In this document: positions 1 through 13,767 of the stretch, in pieces
How positions within the stretch are numbered: the first letter of the stretch is position 1
Layout of the letters: each line of letters starts with the position of its first letter
NCBI GenBank assembly: GCA_047495785.1
Contig: JBLDXI010000004.1
Span: 2,666,001-2,730,000, forward strand
Origin: Lepidodermella squamata
Lineage: Eukaryota; Animalia; Gastrotricha
Direction: 5' to 3'
Length of the DNA: 64,000 nt
Made by a program: the position numbers and the translations under genes
The notes under the pieces: generated by a model
Told to the model about the DNA's origin: nothing
The model's input: the letters and a program-made list of their open reading frames with translations, nothing else
Database searches by the model: none

Positions 1-1010
1 TCGAACACAGCTGATCTTAAGTATGGAGTGCCACAGGGTTCTGTATTGGGACCTTTACTTTTCACAATTTATGTTAACGAGCTGCCACTTTCATCACTAA
101 AATCCACCGTAATCCAATACGCCGACGATACCACCATTTATTTTGCTGCCAAAAATGATTCTGAATTGGAATCAGTACTTCAAAACGACCTTAATAATGT
201 TATCAACTGGTTAGGCTCAAACTGTCTTAAGGTTAACGGTAAGAAATCGCAGCTCATGATAGTCTCGCTTAGTAAATCCGCCAGAAAAATTTCTATAAGT
301 ATTAACGATAACTCGCTGGATCAAACCAACTCTATCACTCTTCTAGGCTTCATTCTCGACGAAAAACTGTTATACAGTCAGCAAATAGACAAGGCCTGTA
401 CCAAAGCTCGCAAAGGCTTATTTGCTCTTCATCTAGCGTCTAAGAACGGACTAAACAGGAATTGCTTGAAATTAATGGCTAATGGTCTAGTTTTTTCTCA
501 TTTACAGTATTGCGTGAAGCTTGTGACACATCTTTGAAACGATTGCAATCTCTTCAGGACAAAGCAGTGAGAATAATTATGAATGCTTCTGATTCCGCTG
601 ACGCCTCTCCTCTTCGTGATGAATTAGAATGGCTCGACCTGCAAGGCAAGCGTAATGTACATATTGCTACTCTCATGTACCGTTTTGTTGTCGGTGACGC
701 GCCTGTGTCCATCAAATCTATTTTTGTACTGAAGCCTCCGTCTCGCACTCGTTACTCCCAGCTCTCATTCAAAATACCGCGTATGCGTCTGGACTACGGT
801 CAGGCCTCTCTTAGCTTCACCGGTCCTAGTCTGTTCAACACTCTACCTTTATATTTTCACTGCCCTCATCATCGCCCAATCGACATTATGAACTACACTA
901 ACCTACCGCCAAGATGTGATTGTGGTTTCAAAATTTGTTACGATGCCTTTTCTTGCCGTCAACTTGTTTATAAATATTTTTTATCTAAACCTAATCTGAA
1001 AAAATTATAA
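1..1010 (+). mobile_element. 3' part of a non-LTR retrotransposon (CR1/L2/Jockey-like) reverse transcriptase, frameshifted near 510-537
   Basis: PQGSVLGPLLFTIYVN and QYADDT RT motifs; continues in another frame as LQSLQDKAVRII...LEWLDL, a typical LINE ORF2 C-terminus. Confidence 0.9.
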
Positions 1011-1718
1011 TTGTTGAATCTTTGTTGGAAATACTGATGCTGAAACGGACCGAATTGACAAGATAATCTGCTACTAATTTTTACTTCAAGCAAACTTTCT
1101 TTTCTATGAGCTCTCAACTTTGGGATTTGTGCTCTTAGATAAATAAATATGGGTATACGATTTCTACCGTATTTTTCCCGTGCCACTACGGTAAAACTAA
1201 TGTAACCAGTACCTACGTTAAAGAAATATCAACAACATATGAGTATGACGCCTTGATGTCTATAATTGAAGATGTGACTGTCTCGCCTGGAATTAACGTC
1301 GAAAAATTCACTAAAATGGTAAGGACAGTTTACGGTGAAATCTCGCGGATAAGTCTGGCCGCGCTGTTTTTGCGTTTTTGACGCGTTAAAACCGCATAAA
1401 CGTGGCTGCCGGACCGAGAAATCTATCGGGATTATGGAACTGGGGGGCACTTTTGCGAATTGTTTCTCGCGAACAAAAGGTCGAAATGGGTTCCGCTCAG
1501 GTTTAGCTAGGGTTTTATGATGGAAAACATAGCATCAGCAATATTTAAGAAATTTCAAAACATTTCCGCGCTACTTACGTGAAATTGGGAACGCTATATA
1601 ATTTAAATTATAATGGTAATTAAATTAGTAATTAAAAATTAAATTAGCTGTAAAAAAGTGTCATTTCTGACAGAAAATAATTAGCTGACAAAACATGGAA
1701 TTAGCTGACGAAAAAACA

Positions 1719-2928
1719 TTAACTCGTTTTCTTCACACTCGTCCACGTCAAATCGGCCGGCAGAGCATCGCCATAAATGCGATCGAACTCCTCCTCCTCT
1801 TCTTCCTGGCTAGACGACCGTTCTTCCAAGCCACCGATTGTCGAAACCATCGTAATCGGGTTGATCCGGGGGTCGTGTCGAAATAGTTGGCGCAGGCGCT
1901 CGGTAGTAGGGGAGCTGAAATAAAAAAAATTAATATGGAATAATTTAATTAAAAAATAGTGTTGCATTTGAATTCTATAAAAAAATGCAAATTTCGTTAA
2001 TTTTTCCTTAATTTTGTGAATTTCGAAAATAATAGAAAATTGTCAATTTTTAATTTCTAAAATTTAGTTTTCAAAATATTGAATATAAAATTTTCAAAAA
2101 ACTAAATTTAAAATTTTCAAAAAATTAAGATTAAAAATTGTTCACAAATTTTCTAATTTTCTAAATTTAGGTTCTCGGGTTTTATTCATAATTTTAATTT
2201 TACGATGATTTAATTTTAACTCGAATCGAAATCAAAAACAAAAACAAAAGTCTTCCATGATTTTTGAAAATATTTAAATCAGCAAATAAAAAAATTACTC
2301 ACATGTAAACAGCGCCGGCGCCGCTTTTTTTCAAAGAATCTTCAAGCTTTTTCACCTCGGAAAAACGGTATTCATAGTGAGCTTTTACGACGTCGGCGGT
2401 AAGCTGGCCGGGAAGAAACAACAACGATTCGTCAAGCCGGGACGACATTTCCGTGTAAATATCGACACGCTTCTGCGTCGACGACATGAGTTGAGGATAA
2501 AACTCCTCCAGAACGTCAACGAAAGCTTCTACGACTTCGCCCTCCCAGGTGATGTTACCATGCGAGATAGAAGTTTCCTTCTTCTTCGCTGCTGTAGCAG
2601 GCTCCGTCGGAACAATCGCATTGAATTTTTTGAGACGTTCTTCCTGGGCTTTGCTCAGCGGTTTTTCGGCCGGTTTTCGCTGCTGTTGTTGATGACCTGA
2701 AATAGAACCAGTTTGCGGCTGCGGGTGAATCACTGTAGTCGTGCTCCTGACCAGTGGTGTGAGTGGCAAGGGTGGCGGCAGCCTATTCGCGGCCTGTGGT
2801 TGACCGCGCGACCGACCAGTTTCATTGACCAGTGGTGGGGGTGGCGGAGGTGGCGGCATTTTCGTCGGCGGCTCCGGGTCGTAAGGGCGCCAAATAGCCG
2901 AAGTAGAACTTGACTTTCGGCTGTTCAT
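1719..2928 (-). CDS. Two-exon Myb/SANT-like (MADF/trihelix-type) DNA-binding protein, probably a PIF/Harbinger accessory ORF or derivative
   Basis: Exon 2928-2303 (ITWEGEVVEAFVD...KKSGAG) joins via a GT-AG intron (2302-1915) in frame to SPTTERLRQLFRHDPRINP plus an acidic tract. No transposase or TIRs seen. Confidence 0.6.
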
Positions 2929-4990
2929 GCAAATCGAATCAAATATTGAAAAGTCGAAAAAATGAGCGCTGAATGATTTTTTATTTCATCGTTCCTCGCC
3001 TTTTATTGAATGAATTACGCAATTTGCTGCTATATTTCGTAAACTCGGACATTTCGCAGTGTCTTACCCGGGCCGATAAAGGGACTCGTTGGCACATGAT
3101 ACCATTGTTCAACCCTAAGACAGCGGCTCGTGGCCCTCGTCCACTTTAGGCATCTCGAGACTCGCCTAAAGTGGTTGATTGTTCATGGCACTTTTTTCTG
3201 TGATTAAGTGTCACGTGTTTAGGTGAAAACTGTGTTTAACTCAGTTTTTTTGAAAAGTATGAAGTGTAATTAATATGTGCGTCATTATTTAAGACAAAGA
3301 ATTGATTGCGCAATACTCAAACTCGAGTTTTCTCGCTTTTTAACTTTCAAGGTTTTACGGGTTTTGAAGGAATCAAATATTTTTTATATTTATTTAGAAT
3401 GATGCAAAAAATTCAGGAAAATTGGTCACTACGCCTTTTGATTGCTTCTCCATCCCTCGGGAAAATAACTTGCCAATAATTGCAGTTATTTTGAAAGAGA
3501 AATGAAAATACCTACCGTTGATACAAAAAATTGACAAAAATTACTGTTTTTGAGGCCTGTAAAATCAAATTTTCCATAAACAGGGCACACATCTTGATGC
3601 ATCTAAAATGAGAAAAATAGCAAAGAAATTTTTCAAATTAGGCTGTGAGGTAGGCACGAGAATATTGCTGCGGCTCTCAAATTTTAAAACAATAATTAGA
3701 AGCAATTATTGCCTTAAAAAAGGGCTTGTTCGGCCGGAAATAATCGATTTTCTCCGCGTGATTATCCACCTTAATTTGTTCAGCTTGGAACCTCAGACCC
3801 AAAAATAATAAATTCAACTGAGCATTCGTCGAAGCCAAAATTGTAATAAAATTAGAAACATATTTCAATCAAAATAATTTTTCTCGAGCAGGAAATGGAT
3901 CTTTTATTTGGTTTAGCTGCCAATTAATGCAAGAAATTCATTTTAAATGCTGAGTCTAATATCATGAAGCGATAAGAGGAGCCATAATCACTACAGCTGA
4001 TATTTGATTGCGGAATTTGATTGATCACTACAGCTGATAATATATTTGATTAATATATTAGGAATTCTTCATCATTTTTGGGTCCAAATTTAGCGATGCG
4101 GCCAACTTAATTATTTTAGTGACAAAAATGACAGAAATCTCTCACCGCCATTATCTTAATATTTATTACCGTCAATACTTACGCTATATTCCTTCAGCAC
4201 CTCAATAATTACCTCAGAAATTTCAACAACCTTTAAATTGAAACTCGGATTTCCAAAAAATTAAAATTTAATTTGGCATTTTCATCGCTTGCGGCGATTG
4301 CGCAACATGTACTTAATTACTATGAACAGTCAGAAATACATATGTGCTTGTAGTGTAAAAGCGGCTTTTGTCTTTTCTGACCGGCCTTGACCGCAATTCG
4401 AGCCGGTCAGTTCATGATAGACGTGCCGATTGTGATTTCTCTGTTGCGAATCTCACCGAAAAATTGATCACAGCGCTGAACAATAGCACCTCGGTTTTAA
4501 TAAAAAAACGCACCTCTGGCGTTACGCATATATTTAGACACATCAGGCGTTACTATTTTGTGTGTATCAGCAGTGAAACACAAAATAGTAACGCCTGGAC
4601 TATTTCAAGGCGTTACTATATTAACAGTGATGTATAAGGATCTTCGGTTATTTCATCTCAACTAGGCGCATTATAGCATAATTATCTCCATTTAGTACTT
4701 AAATTGTTTTGTTCAAAACCAGTGTTAATTCGCGCACTAATCTGGTTTCCGAAACCATTTCTCAGTCGGAAACTTGAAAATCCCATCAATGATTTGGTTT
4801 GCGGTTGTTACAAGTGACAAAGTACCGGCATTTTCTAACCGCAAAAATGTCGGTACAAAATAACGAAACTTAGTGTCGATACGAAATACCGATACTTAGT
4901 TACGACCGCAACGGTACTTTTGCCGTAATTTGGGCAGTTAAAGTGTTAAATGCCTATCCGATCGTTAACAAGTTTTGCCCTTTTCAAAAT

Positions 4991-5223
4991 ATATTGATAG
5001 CCCGAGATAATAGACTAAACACTATTGAATATCGCTGGCTCCGTTCGATAGTAGGAGTCCACCTAATGGACTACATTTCTAACATAAGCATAAGGCTAGC
5101 TCTATGCGGAGGTCTCATTGTAGTGAGCCGCATTGACAAAATGTATATTTGGACGCCTCCGTGTGGATGGTTTGCACCTAGAGGACGACCCAGAACTAGA
5201 TGGATCCACGGAGTGCATAGAAA
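4991..5223 (+). mobile_element. Internally deleted fragment of the LINE family at 55533-59896
   Basis: NRLNTIEYRWLRSIVGVHLMDYI...YIWTPP.GWFAPRGRPRTRW matches 59211-59520, but the segment 59356-59434 is missing. Confidence 0.9.
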
Positions 5224-5955
5224 TTTAACAGTACAGCCTAATTGAGCTGTACTCGCAGTACAGTAAGATGAACTGTACTCGCAGTACAGCTCGAGTGGAC
5301 TGTACCGTTCGTACAGCATTGGAGACTGTAACTAGGATTACAGCCTAAAAATACTATACTTGGGAGTACAGGAGTTTTTTTGCCTAAAGTGCGGTTTCTA
5401 CCGCGACGTGAACGGTATGAAAAGTGCCTGAAAGCTTATAAAGGCAATTGAAACGTGTAATGGATGCGAGCGAACGCGCAGCGTTCTCGAGCGCAATTTT
5501 TTAATCAGATGTTTTCACACCCCCCTCCCGCTCAGTTCAAGTCGGACCACTGCCTTTTTGACGAATTTTAGAAAATTATTCATGAGGAACCGCTAGGTGT
5601 TCCTGGTTTCATTGGGTAGAGGGTCGCTTCTGGTATTCATGAGCAGAAATTCGACAAATTTGAGGTACCTGTGACTTTTTTGCTTTTCAAGTAAAATAAA
5701 ATTGTAATGGGCGGATAGGGCGTTTGGTGGCATAAAAACGTAGTCGCGTGCCGACCTTTTTGCAATAACAATCCAAATAATTTCACTATTGAAAGATCGT
5801 TAGTTTCCCATCTGTTACAGTGTTGTCTATGGTCGCGTGTCTGAATTGCACTCTTCTCGCGTGCCTAGTTTGTTTACGATCAGCCATATTTTCATTCATT
5901 TGATTTTAATTTTTATCAAAAACAACTTACTAAAACTTGAATATCGAACTTTCTC

Positions 5956-8751
5956 ATGGCTACAGTTCTTCGCTTTGTAATTATTTTGAGTTTTATTGGA
6001 GCTGCTCACCCGCAAGAGTACAGGCGCTGCTTTTCACGCCTCGATGACTCCTTTGCAGGCTGTAAGGCGGCGTGCTTAGTGCTGGATGAAGCCCAGGCAA
6101 GATCTTTCGCGCGATTAACATCTTGAAACTGATTTGTGCCCTCAATTTAGCTGGGATTAGCTTTACCATCACTTGCAAGCTGCAAAGCCGGCGTGAGTAT
6201 TTCGAAAAAATTGATTTAAGGCAAACTATTTTGCATTCGTGCCATAGGCGGCTCGGAGCTGTTTCAACTTCAAAACCATCAACATGCGGTGCATCCCGCG
6301 TAACCTAGGCTGTGATAAAAATGATGAAGTTATGGTTCGTCCCATAATTACTCATAATTTAGAGGAATCAATTTGTTCTTTTACTAATAGACCGCTGAAT
6401 ACCTCGGCGACCAATTCGAATCGCAGTACAATCTATGCAGATCTACGATCAAACATTTCTTGGTGAGGCGCTTTATTTTCCCCAGAAATTTCAAGCGTTT
6501 GTTTTTTGTGTTTTGAAGAACACCCAGGCGAAGCTTTGCGACAACAATGGCCGGCGGACTTGTGTTCCGGCGAATGGGCCGTGTCCGAATAACGGGGCAA
6601 GTATTTCCCAGCCCTAAAATCAGTCCTAATTAATTTTCTTTCACTCAGAATTTGGTGAGCACCCATAACACATTGCGTCTCTGTATGGCTCAAGCAAACA
6701 GTGGGTTTTTCGTTTTTCCATTTTCCTATTTTTTATGAAAAAAAAACTTTCGCGCAATAGTCGTCCGAAATAATGCCGATTTTCAGCCGCACCAGCGATG
6801 CTTTCTGCAGAATGACCGTTCCTTTGTTGGCTGCCAATCGACGCCGTGTAATTCTACTTCAATGACCCAGGTAAAACTGCTGTGAGAATGTGTGTAGTGA
6901 GAATGGATTAAAACTTCCATTTCAAAATTTAGTCATACAGTGGCAGGACCTACATGGACAAAATTCACTGCATTGCTGGGGTTAGTTTCAATTTCTTTCG
7001 AGGATTTCTTGTAATTTCAAGGATTTTAGCCCGCTGCTCTTTGCTCGACGTCTGACGGCTCGGTTTGTCGCAACAATTGCCCAACTCCAATGACGACGGT
7101 CCGTTTGTTGTACAAGGAGTGTAATAAATTAAAACTTGTACCAGATTTTCTGACTCCGAATTGAATGAAATTGCATATTTGAATTTGCAAATATCAAATT
7201 TCTTAAATTTAAGAATTATTTGAATGAATATTGTGCAACGAATCGCGTGACTGTGAAAGTTTCTAGCCACTGTATTGTAGTGCGGAAATTACCAGGGTGA
7301 TTCAGAAATCAGAAAATATTCGTAGTCCCGATTTATTTTTATGTTTCTCGAATTTTCGAGGTCATTGTAGTCCACGCAGCCCCAATTTATTAAAGTCTAC
7401 TCATAGTAAAAGGCAATTGTGGCCTAAAATTATATCACTAACACGATTTCATCAATTTCATCCGCAACTTAGGCGTGCCGAATTTCGGTTTTAAATTTAA
7501 TTTTCTCGAATTATTTACATTTATTTTCCTCGGTGAAAATTGTCTAAAATGGGAAAGGATTTCGAATGATTTTCAAATCCTGAGATGCTTATAATTTAGG
7601 GGCTGCAAAACATACAGGAAATTTTCGGCGAAACTAGGAAATTTCGGCAAGGAAACTCATTTTAAAACGCTTGAAAACGCTTGGAAAAAGCCAGGGAAAA
7701 CTAGGAAGCTGCTATGAAAACGCTAGGAAAACAAAGTTGTTGGCAATTCCGACTTGCCCGATTTGCTTTAAGATCAATGATCTATACTACAAGCATTAGG
7801 AAGTAATAAAACTGTTATTGGGGTTTCTTTTCAGCTTCCAAAAATTACCCTAGAACATGTCTCGCACTGCTAGAAATTTTTTATTTTTGACCAATCGCGA
7901 TAATTGCTTCAAGGCACATAATTATCTCCGCAACCTTGTTACATAGATAAACAAATTATACTGAAGCCTTTCGATTTGAGTCATAAAATTTATTTTTGAT
8001 TGATGAAGTTCATAGAGCTCATGGAACTAGCTGGCTTCATAAGGTCCGAAATTTTACGCCGATTAAATATGCGCCTACCCCTTTTCTCAACGGTTTAAAT
8101 ATTAGAAATTTCTCTGTCCATTGACAGGTTACGGTATTCAAAACGAAATCTGACTTTGCCAGCAATTACGCCGACTGCCTGAAGTCACAAGCTCCCCTAG
8201 CGTCGTAAGTATTTTCACGGTGTTGGAAAATCTGTAGAAATCGGCGTTTTTACAGATTTTACAAGTGCATCGCAGGTGGGGGGATTGAAACCTGCCGCTC
8301 GGATTGTTCGTCAGGCGAATACCGCTTCCCACCCAATCTCACATTTTCTAGCGAGTCTAGCTGTAGGAACGCAACGAAGCAATTTTTCATCGTTGGATCT
8401 AGCGATAAGTCACTGCCGAGAAACGACGCTAAAGCCTCGTGTGTGAGCAGTAACGGCCGTCTCGGAATGCCGAAGACAAGTGGTGAGATGGTTGCGGCTA
8501 GGCAAGTTCTATCGGACAGGTTCGGAGCTGCTACCGGTTGGTCGGGCGCTTGGATCGGCATAACAAGTGAACCAGCCTGGGAGGACGGCGCGTCCTATGC
8601 CTTCGTCCGGGGTGATTGGACTCACTGGGAATCGGGCAACTGCGTCAAATTCTTGCTTTCTGATGGTGGGAAGTTCATGTTTGGACAGGAGAATTGCCAA
8701 TCGACGAGCATCAAATATGCGGTCTGTGAAACTTACATATCATCTGAATAG
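5956..8751 (+). CDS. Secreted protein A: signal peptide, six 4-Cys repeats, C-terminal C-type-lectin-like domain (about 11 exons)
   Basis: ATG 5956 MATVLRFVIILSFIGAAHP; spliced repeats such as YRRCFSRLDDSFAGCKAACLVLDEAQ|LGLALPSLASCKAG; last exon has AWIGIT...WEDG...AVCE. Exon layout mirrors 30391-33906 and needs two GC donors. Confidence 0.8.
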
Positions 8752-10363
8752 GCTGGATCAAGCGTGATCATGATTCTTCTGTTATGCTCTGTTTGCACTT
8801 GTGAGATAACTAACTTGATTACTAACTTACTAAATAGTAACTAAATACTTAATAGTAACCATTTAATAGTAACTAACTTGAACGTCAACTATTCGTGTTC
8901 ATAGCTGAATAAAATACAGGCAAATGATAATCTCAAATTTTTGCAGATTGCTTATTCCAATAATTGAGCGCTTCCCAAACTTTTAAACTTGTATGACACG
9001 TTAGTGTCGTTGTGTCCTGTGATCATGTCTCGTGGGACACCATACCAACCTGAGTGAAATTCAGCTGGGAATTGGAAGAATTGGCTGAGCAAAACAGTTG
9101 ATTGTCTGATATAATTGATTTTTAAATCAGCTCGGAATTGGAAAAAATCTCAGGTATATGGGTAATAATTACGCGAAAAGGGGGAATTTTAGTTGGATAA
9201 AACAATCTCCAAAACAAGAATGCTAGCAGAGGCCCTGTTTGAATTAGAGATGCCGCGGTTGAAATAATAACCGGATAACCGCGGTTAACCCTCCGAGCAC
9301 TGAAACCTAGAGTCAAAATTTCGACCAAAGGGGGAAATTTTCACCACAAAATGCTAAAGAGCGAAAATTGCACGTAAACGACAGCTGATTTGATGTTTTA
9401 TTGTTTGTTATTGATCTTCACATTATCAAAATCGATAAAACAATGAGATTGAGAGCTTGAGACTACGAATCATGATCACAATGACAACAAAGAACCCGGC
9501 GATGTTCGCAGGTGCTTTTGGTGCTGTTACAGTGCTATGTATGCTAGGTATAGACGCATAACGTACAACTATAAACACTGAGCGCGCGAATTTGCAGTAG
9601 CCGATAATTTCGCAGCCGATAATTTCGCTCATATGCCTCCACAATAGTGTAGTCCGTGCACTGTCTAGCACCTTGATGGAAAATCTTCAAGATAGCTCAT
9701 GGCGTAAAGTCTGCTTATTAGCATTGCTACTCATTGTTTCTTCTTGCAGGCTCATCTGAAAATTTATTAGTTAAAATGCCTTTTTGGGCGATCGCCGAGG
9801 TTTTTCACATTTAATGTCTCGAATCTGAAACTGCAATCTCTGATTGATTCGATCTCTGGAGGAAATTTAATCATGGCGAATCATTTTTAGCTAGCAGCCA
9901 TAACATTTCCGAATTCCGAAGTAGGATCCTCGAATTAGGGGCTATATTCAGGCTCAAATTGTATGGTCAAAGGTTCCCCCTTGTTAGGGTTTTCCACCTT
10001 GGTCGTGCGAAGTGGAAGTTTCTTGATCTTCTTGATCTTGGTCTTAGTTTCAAACAGAAATGATGGTCTTGGTCTTGGCACGAAACTGAAAAAATAGTAG
10101 ACTGAAGGTCGGCAACTATGATTATCATTTTTTATTTTTACCTGCCTGTCCATGTGTCTCGCAGAATAGTCGCATGAGCTGAGCGCCGAGCTTCTAATTT
10201 GGCAAACTGTTTCATTCCTTAGTTGTAACCAATGAGATAATTAATTCATTAGTTTATTTTACTGAGACTCGCAACTGGAGGTTAAATCATTCATGTATCA
10301 GATGAGTCTTTCTCCCACTTCATCATCAAACTCAGTTACAAAACGTTTTCTCTGAGATAGCAA

Positions 10364-13300
10364 TTACAAAAACTGCTCGCATAAGGCGTTTTGCAATGCG
10401 TAATCACAAACTTCAGTTTTGAAGTAATATCCAGGTGGGTTGACATTATAGAAAATAAGACCGCAGCCTTCGGGTAACGACGACCACTGCTCTCCGAAAT
10501 TGAAATCGGAGCCATCGTCCCATTTGAGAACTCCTAACTGCTGAGTGAAACCGATCCAGAAGTATTTTCTCGGATACTGGGTTATCACTTGCAAGGCCGT
10601 GGTCACCTCGGCTGCTGACCTAATCGTGGCTATCGTAGCATTGTTTTGGACACATTTCGACGCGGCGGTAGTTTTGCCGCCCGAAATTTCCACCGCCAAG
10701 TACTTCTTAACCACAGCCTTGCAAGTGTTCTCGTCCACATAGGTGACACTGGCCGGAATTCGAACCTGAATTGCCGCATTGCAGCCTGTCGACTCGGTTA
10801 CACAGTGAACCGTCCCGTCAGTTTTGTCGACGCAGCGGAAATATGACTAGAAAAGAACGTAACATTAAATTCGAAAACTATTATTGAACAGAAATGATAC
10901 ACACTAAAAACTAGTTTTTTGAAATGTATCCTCAGTTTTTTGATTGGAAGAATTCTGACACTTTGGTGGAATTTTTTCAAAATGTTGTTCTAAAAGCTTC
11001 AAAAAAGGCCGAAAACACAAATAAAAGGGCCCTAGCGAAAAAACAGCTCAATTCCGGGCCCATATTAGTTCCGTCCGGTCCCCAAGCGCCTTTAGCATCT
11101 TTGCGCGCGGTTTTAAATTTGTTAAAAATAATTCAACTTATGCGCAAAAGCCAAGTCCTGATTTTTAACAAATTTAAAACCGCGCGCAAAGATGCTATAG
11201 GGTTACTTTCAAATATCGCGGCGGTTTTTATACCAAAACATAATTCAGACAATTCTCTATCGATTGAATATGGGGTTCTCGCTCGAAAAAATTAAAATAA
11301 AAAAGTTTTACGTGCACCTAAAATTTTGCGCGCGAGTTGAGAGCGCGCGCACTCGCTTCTCAAAAGTTAGGATGTGCGGTAACCGTTTTTTCGTTCATTT
11401 TTCACGCGAGAAATCCATATATATTCTATAGAGAATTTTCTGAACTTTCTTTTTCTTTTAAAAACCGCCTAAATAATCAAAACTTGCCCTTTGACTTAAC
11501 CGCACGCGGCCTTGAAATTTCTAAAAATTTTGACTTATGCGCGTTTTGCGCGTTTTGCGCTGGTCCACTTTTACCCTCCGACTGGACGGAACTAATATGG
11601 GCCCGGAATTGAGCGAAAAAACATCTCCACGATGGTTAATGTTATGTTCATGTGTAGCTCAATTATATGATGTTCATGCAAGAACATAAACCGCACATCG
11701 AAAGCAGAAATAATATGAAATCATGTTACAGCCACACATCGGAAAAAAGTCACAAATCGCTAATTATTTTTCATTATGGATTACTAATTTCGACACGCTG
11801 TTCACGAATATCAAGTTTGTTTTTCACCCAGGATCACCTGAGAGGTCGTTTCGGCAAGGTGAAATTAAAAAACTACCTGGGTGAAGCCGCGCAATCTTCT
11901 GCGTAAAGCCGTTTTTTGTGAATTATGAAGAACAAAAAAAACTTGTTCTATTTTCTACGATTCACAAGAAAACAGTTTTAATGAGAGTTTATCGTAATCA
12001 AATTTCATGAGCGGAAGTGGCGCAGTGCAGAGAGAGGCGGGCTGTAAGCTAAGGGCTGGTTGGTTCGACAAGGTTCGAATCCCGATGCCGTCTGCACTTT
12101 TTTGGTTGATGATAATGTGATGTTTATATTATAAAATTTGATAAAAACATTACATTTTTTTATGTTTTTGCTGCACACGTTCACGCGCGTTTCTGTCAAG
12201 TTCTTGCACGATCTCACACGGTCTTGCAGGTTCCTGCCAGAGACTTTGATTTGATTTGATTTGATTGTGATTTGATTTGATTTAGGCCATTTTTTGATGA
12301 TTTGATTTACTGATGATTTGATTTAGAAAATTTCATGATGATTTGATTTGATTAAAATTTAGCCCACTTGATTTACTGCTGATTTATAAAAATCAGAACT
12401 CTCGGAGTTCCCCCAGTAACTAAACATGAGAACTCACATTTGCCTTGAAAACAACTGTTTTCCAAAGCCTGGAGCTATTCATGCCCTTGCATACTCATTC
12501 TGCCAAAACCAAGCATGAAATTTGAAAGAATCCCCAGAAATTTACCTTAATACTCATGTTTCCCTATGCGAAAGATTTGATTTGATTTGATTTAAACGGG
12601 CCTGGTGATTTGATTTGATTGATTTACTATCGATTTTTGGGGAATTTGATTTGAAATGATTGATTTACAAAGACCTGTGATTTACTGAATAAATCAAATC
12701 AAATCAAATCAAAGTCACTGGTTCCTGCGTAGACGTCAACGTGGACGTGTGTGGCTGGTGTGATGAACCAACATGGAAATGTCAAATTCACGCAGGACTT
12801 TTGTATGAGGGCACGAATGCCACAGGGCCTTAAAGCAGTTGTTGCCTGGTTTGCCTAATGGAAAATCTGTCACTGTTTGAGATACAGACTCACAGGAGCA
12901 CTATAATCTTGAAAGCAAACTCACAAGAGGCTTGATACACGATGCGAGATTGGGATACACCGTTGTTCCAGTAACCTGTAGATGAAAAATAGTCAAGAAT
13001 CACAAAACGAACTAACCGAGACGGACTCCAAAGACTACCACTTTGAAAACTGGAAAATCACTCACCCAGTTATTGGGGCAGGAGTACGGGTCCGGAACAC
13101 AGGTCTTGATGACGTTGTTCGACGTACAGCGCCTGAATGCCAAAGTCTGCAATGAAAAAATCATATCAGCATGCTAAATATTCAACGTTTCCAAGTGTCC
13201 TCACCTCAAATGCAGCTTTCTTTTTCTCGCATTCGTTGAGGTTGAATTTCAAGCTCAACGTGGGCTTTTGGTCGTCGAACCAGAACGTCTGGTTATTATT

Positions 13301-13767
13301 AGAAAATAAAAAAAAATAAGGATTTTGATTCAATCTTTGATTCATTGAATCGGAATGATGCTAACATTCATATCACCCGGGTTGTTGCATCCGATGTACC
13401 CGGGAACGCAAAACGGGGTAAGAGCCGCGTATTTGTAGCACATTCGGGCATTCTAAATCAGAATAAAATTATAAAAAAATGTAGCCGATCAATTAACAGA
13501 CCCCAGTGTTGCAGACGCCGACTGTTGAGAAAATCCCACCCCACTGTCGATAAAGGGACACTTGAAGAACTTGAATTAGAAATTGAATTCGAGGAAAACC
13601 TGAAATTCGCGGAGTGGATCACAGCCATTGACAGCTTGTACGCAACTTGTGAATAGGCTGCTCCGCTTCGAGAAGCACCGTACCCAGTTCAACGGCTTAC
13701 TGCCCCAAGCCAGTTCGCTCGAAGCCAGCATCAGCACCAACAGCACAGCAAAGTAATAAACAGTCAT
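10364..13767 (-). CDS. Secreted protein B: signal peptide, four 4-Cys repeats, C-type-lectin-like domain
   Basis: ATG 13767 MTVYYFAVLLVLMLASSELAWG; six small exons down to ~12925, then a phase-0 join (inferred) to the last exon SYFRCVDKTDGTVHC...FWIGF...LKWDDGS...ALCE. Confidence 0.75.
11046..11614. mobile_element. Mutator-like MITE
   Basis: ~34 bp TIR GCTCAATTCCGGGCCCATATTAGTTCCGTCC; 9-bp TSD GAAAAAACA on both sides. Confidence 0.88.
12011..12103 (+). pseudogene. Degenerate tRNA-like sequence (pseudo-tRNA or SINE head)
   Basis: A box TGGCGCAGTG, B box GGTTCGAATCC, 6/7 acceptor stem and a downstream T-run; anticodon and T stems do not pair. Confidence 0.6.
12238..12720. mobile_element. hAT-like MITE with (GATTT)n subterminal repeats
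   Basis: TIR CAG(A/T)GACTTTGATTTGATTTG; perfect 8-bp TSD GTTCCTGC. Confidence 0.92.

Noticed and set aside
9426-9671. Possible GPCR fragment (IVVRYASI...VTAPKA)
   Set aside because: Only a weak motif resemblance; no supporting exons.
12011-12096. Functional tRNA gene
   Set aside because: Anticodon and T stems do not pair; kept only as a tRNA-like relic.
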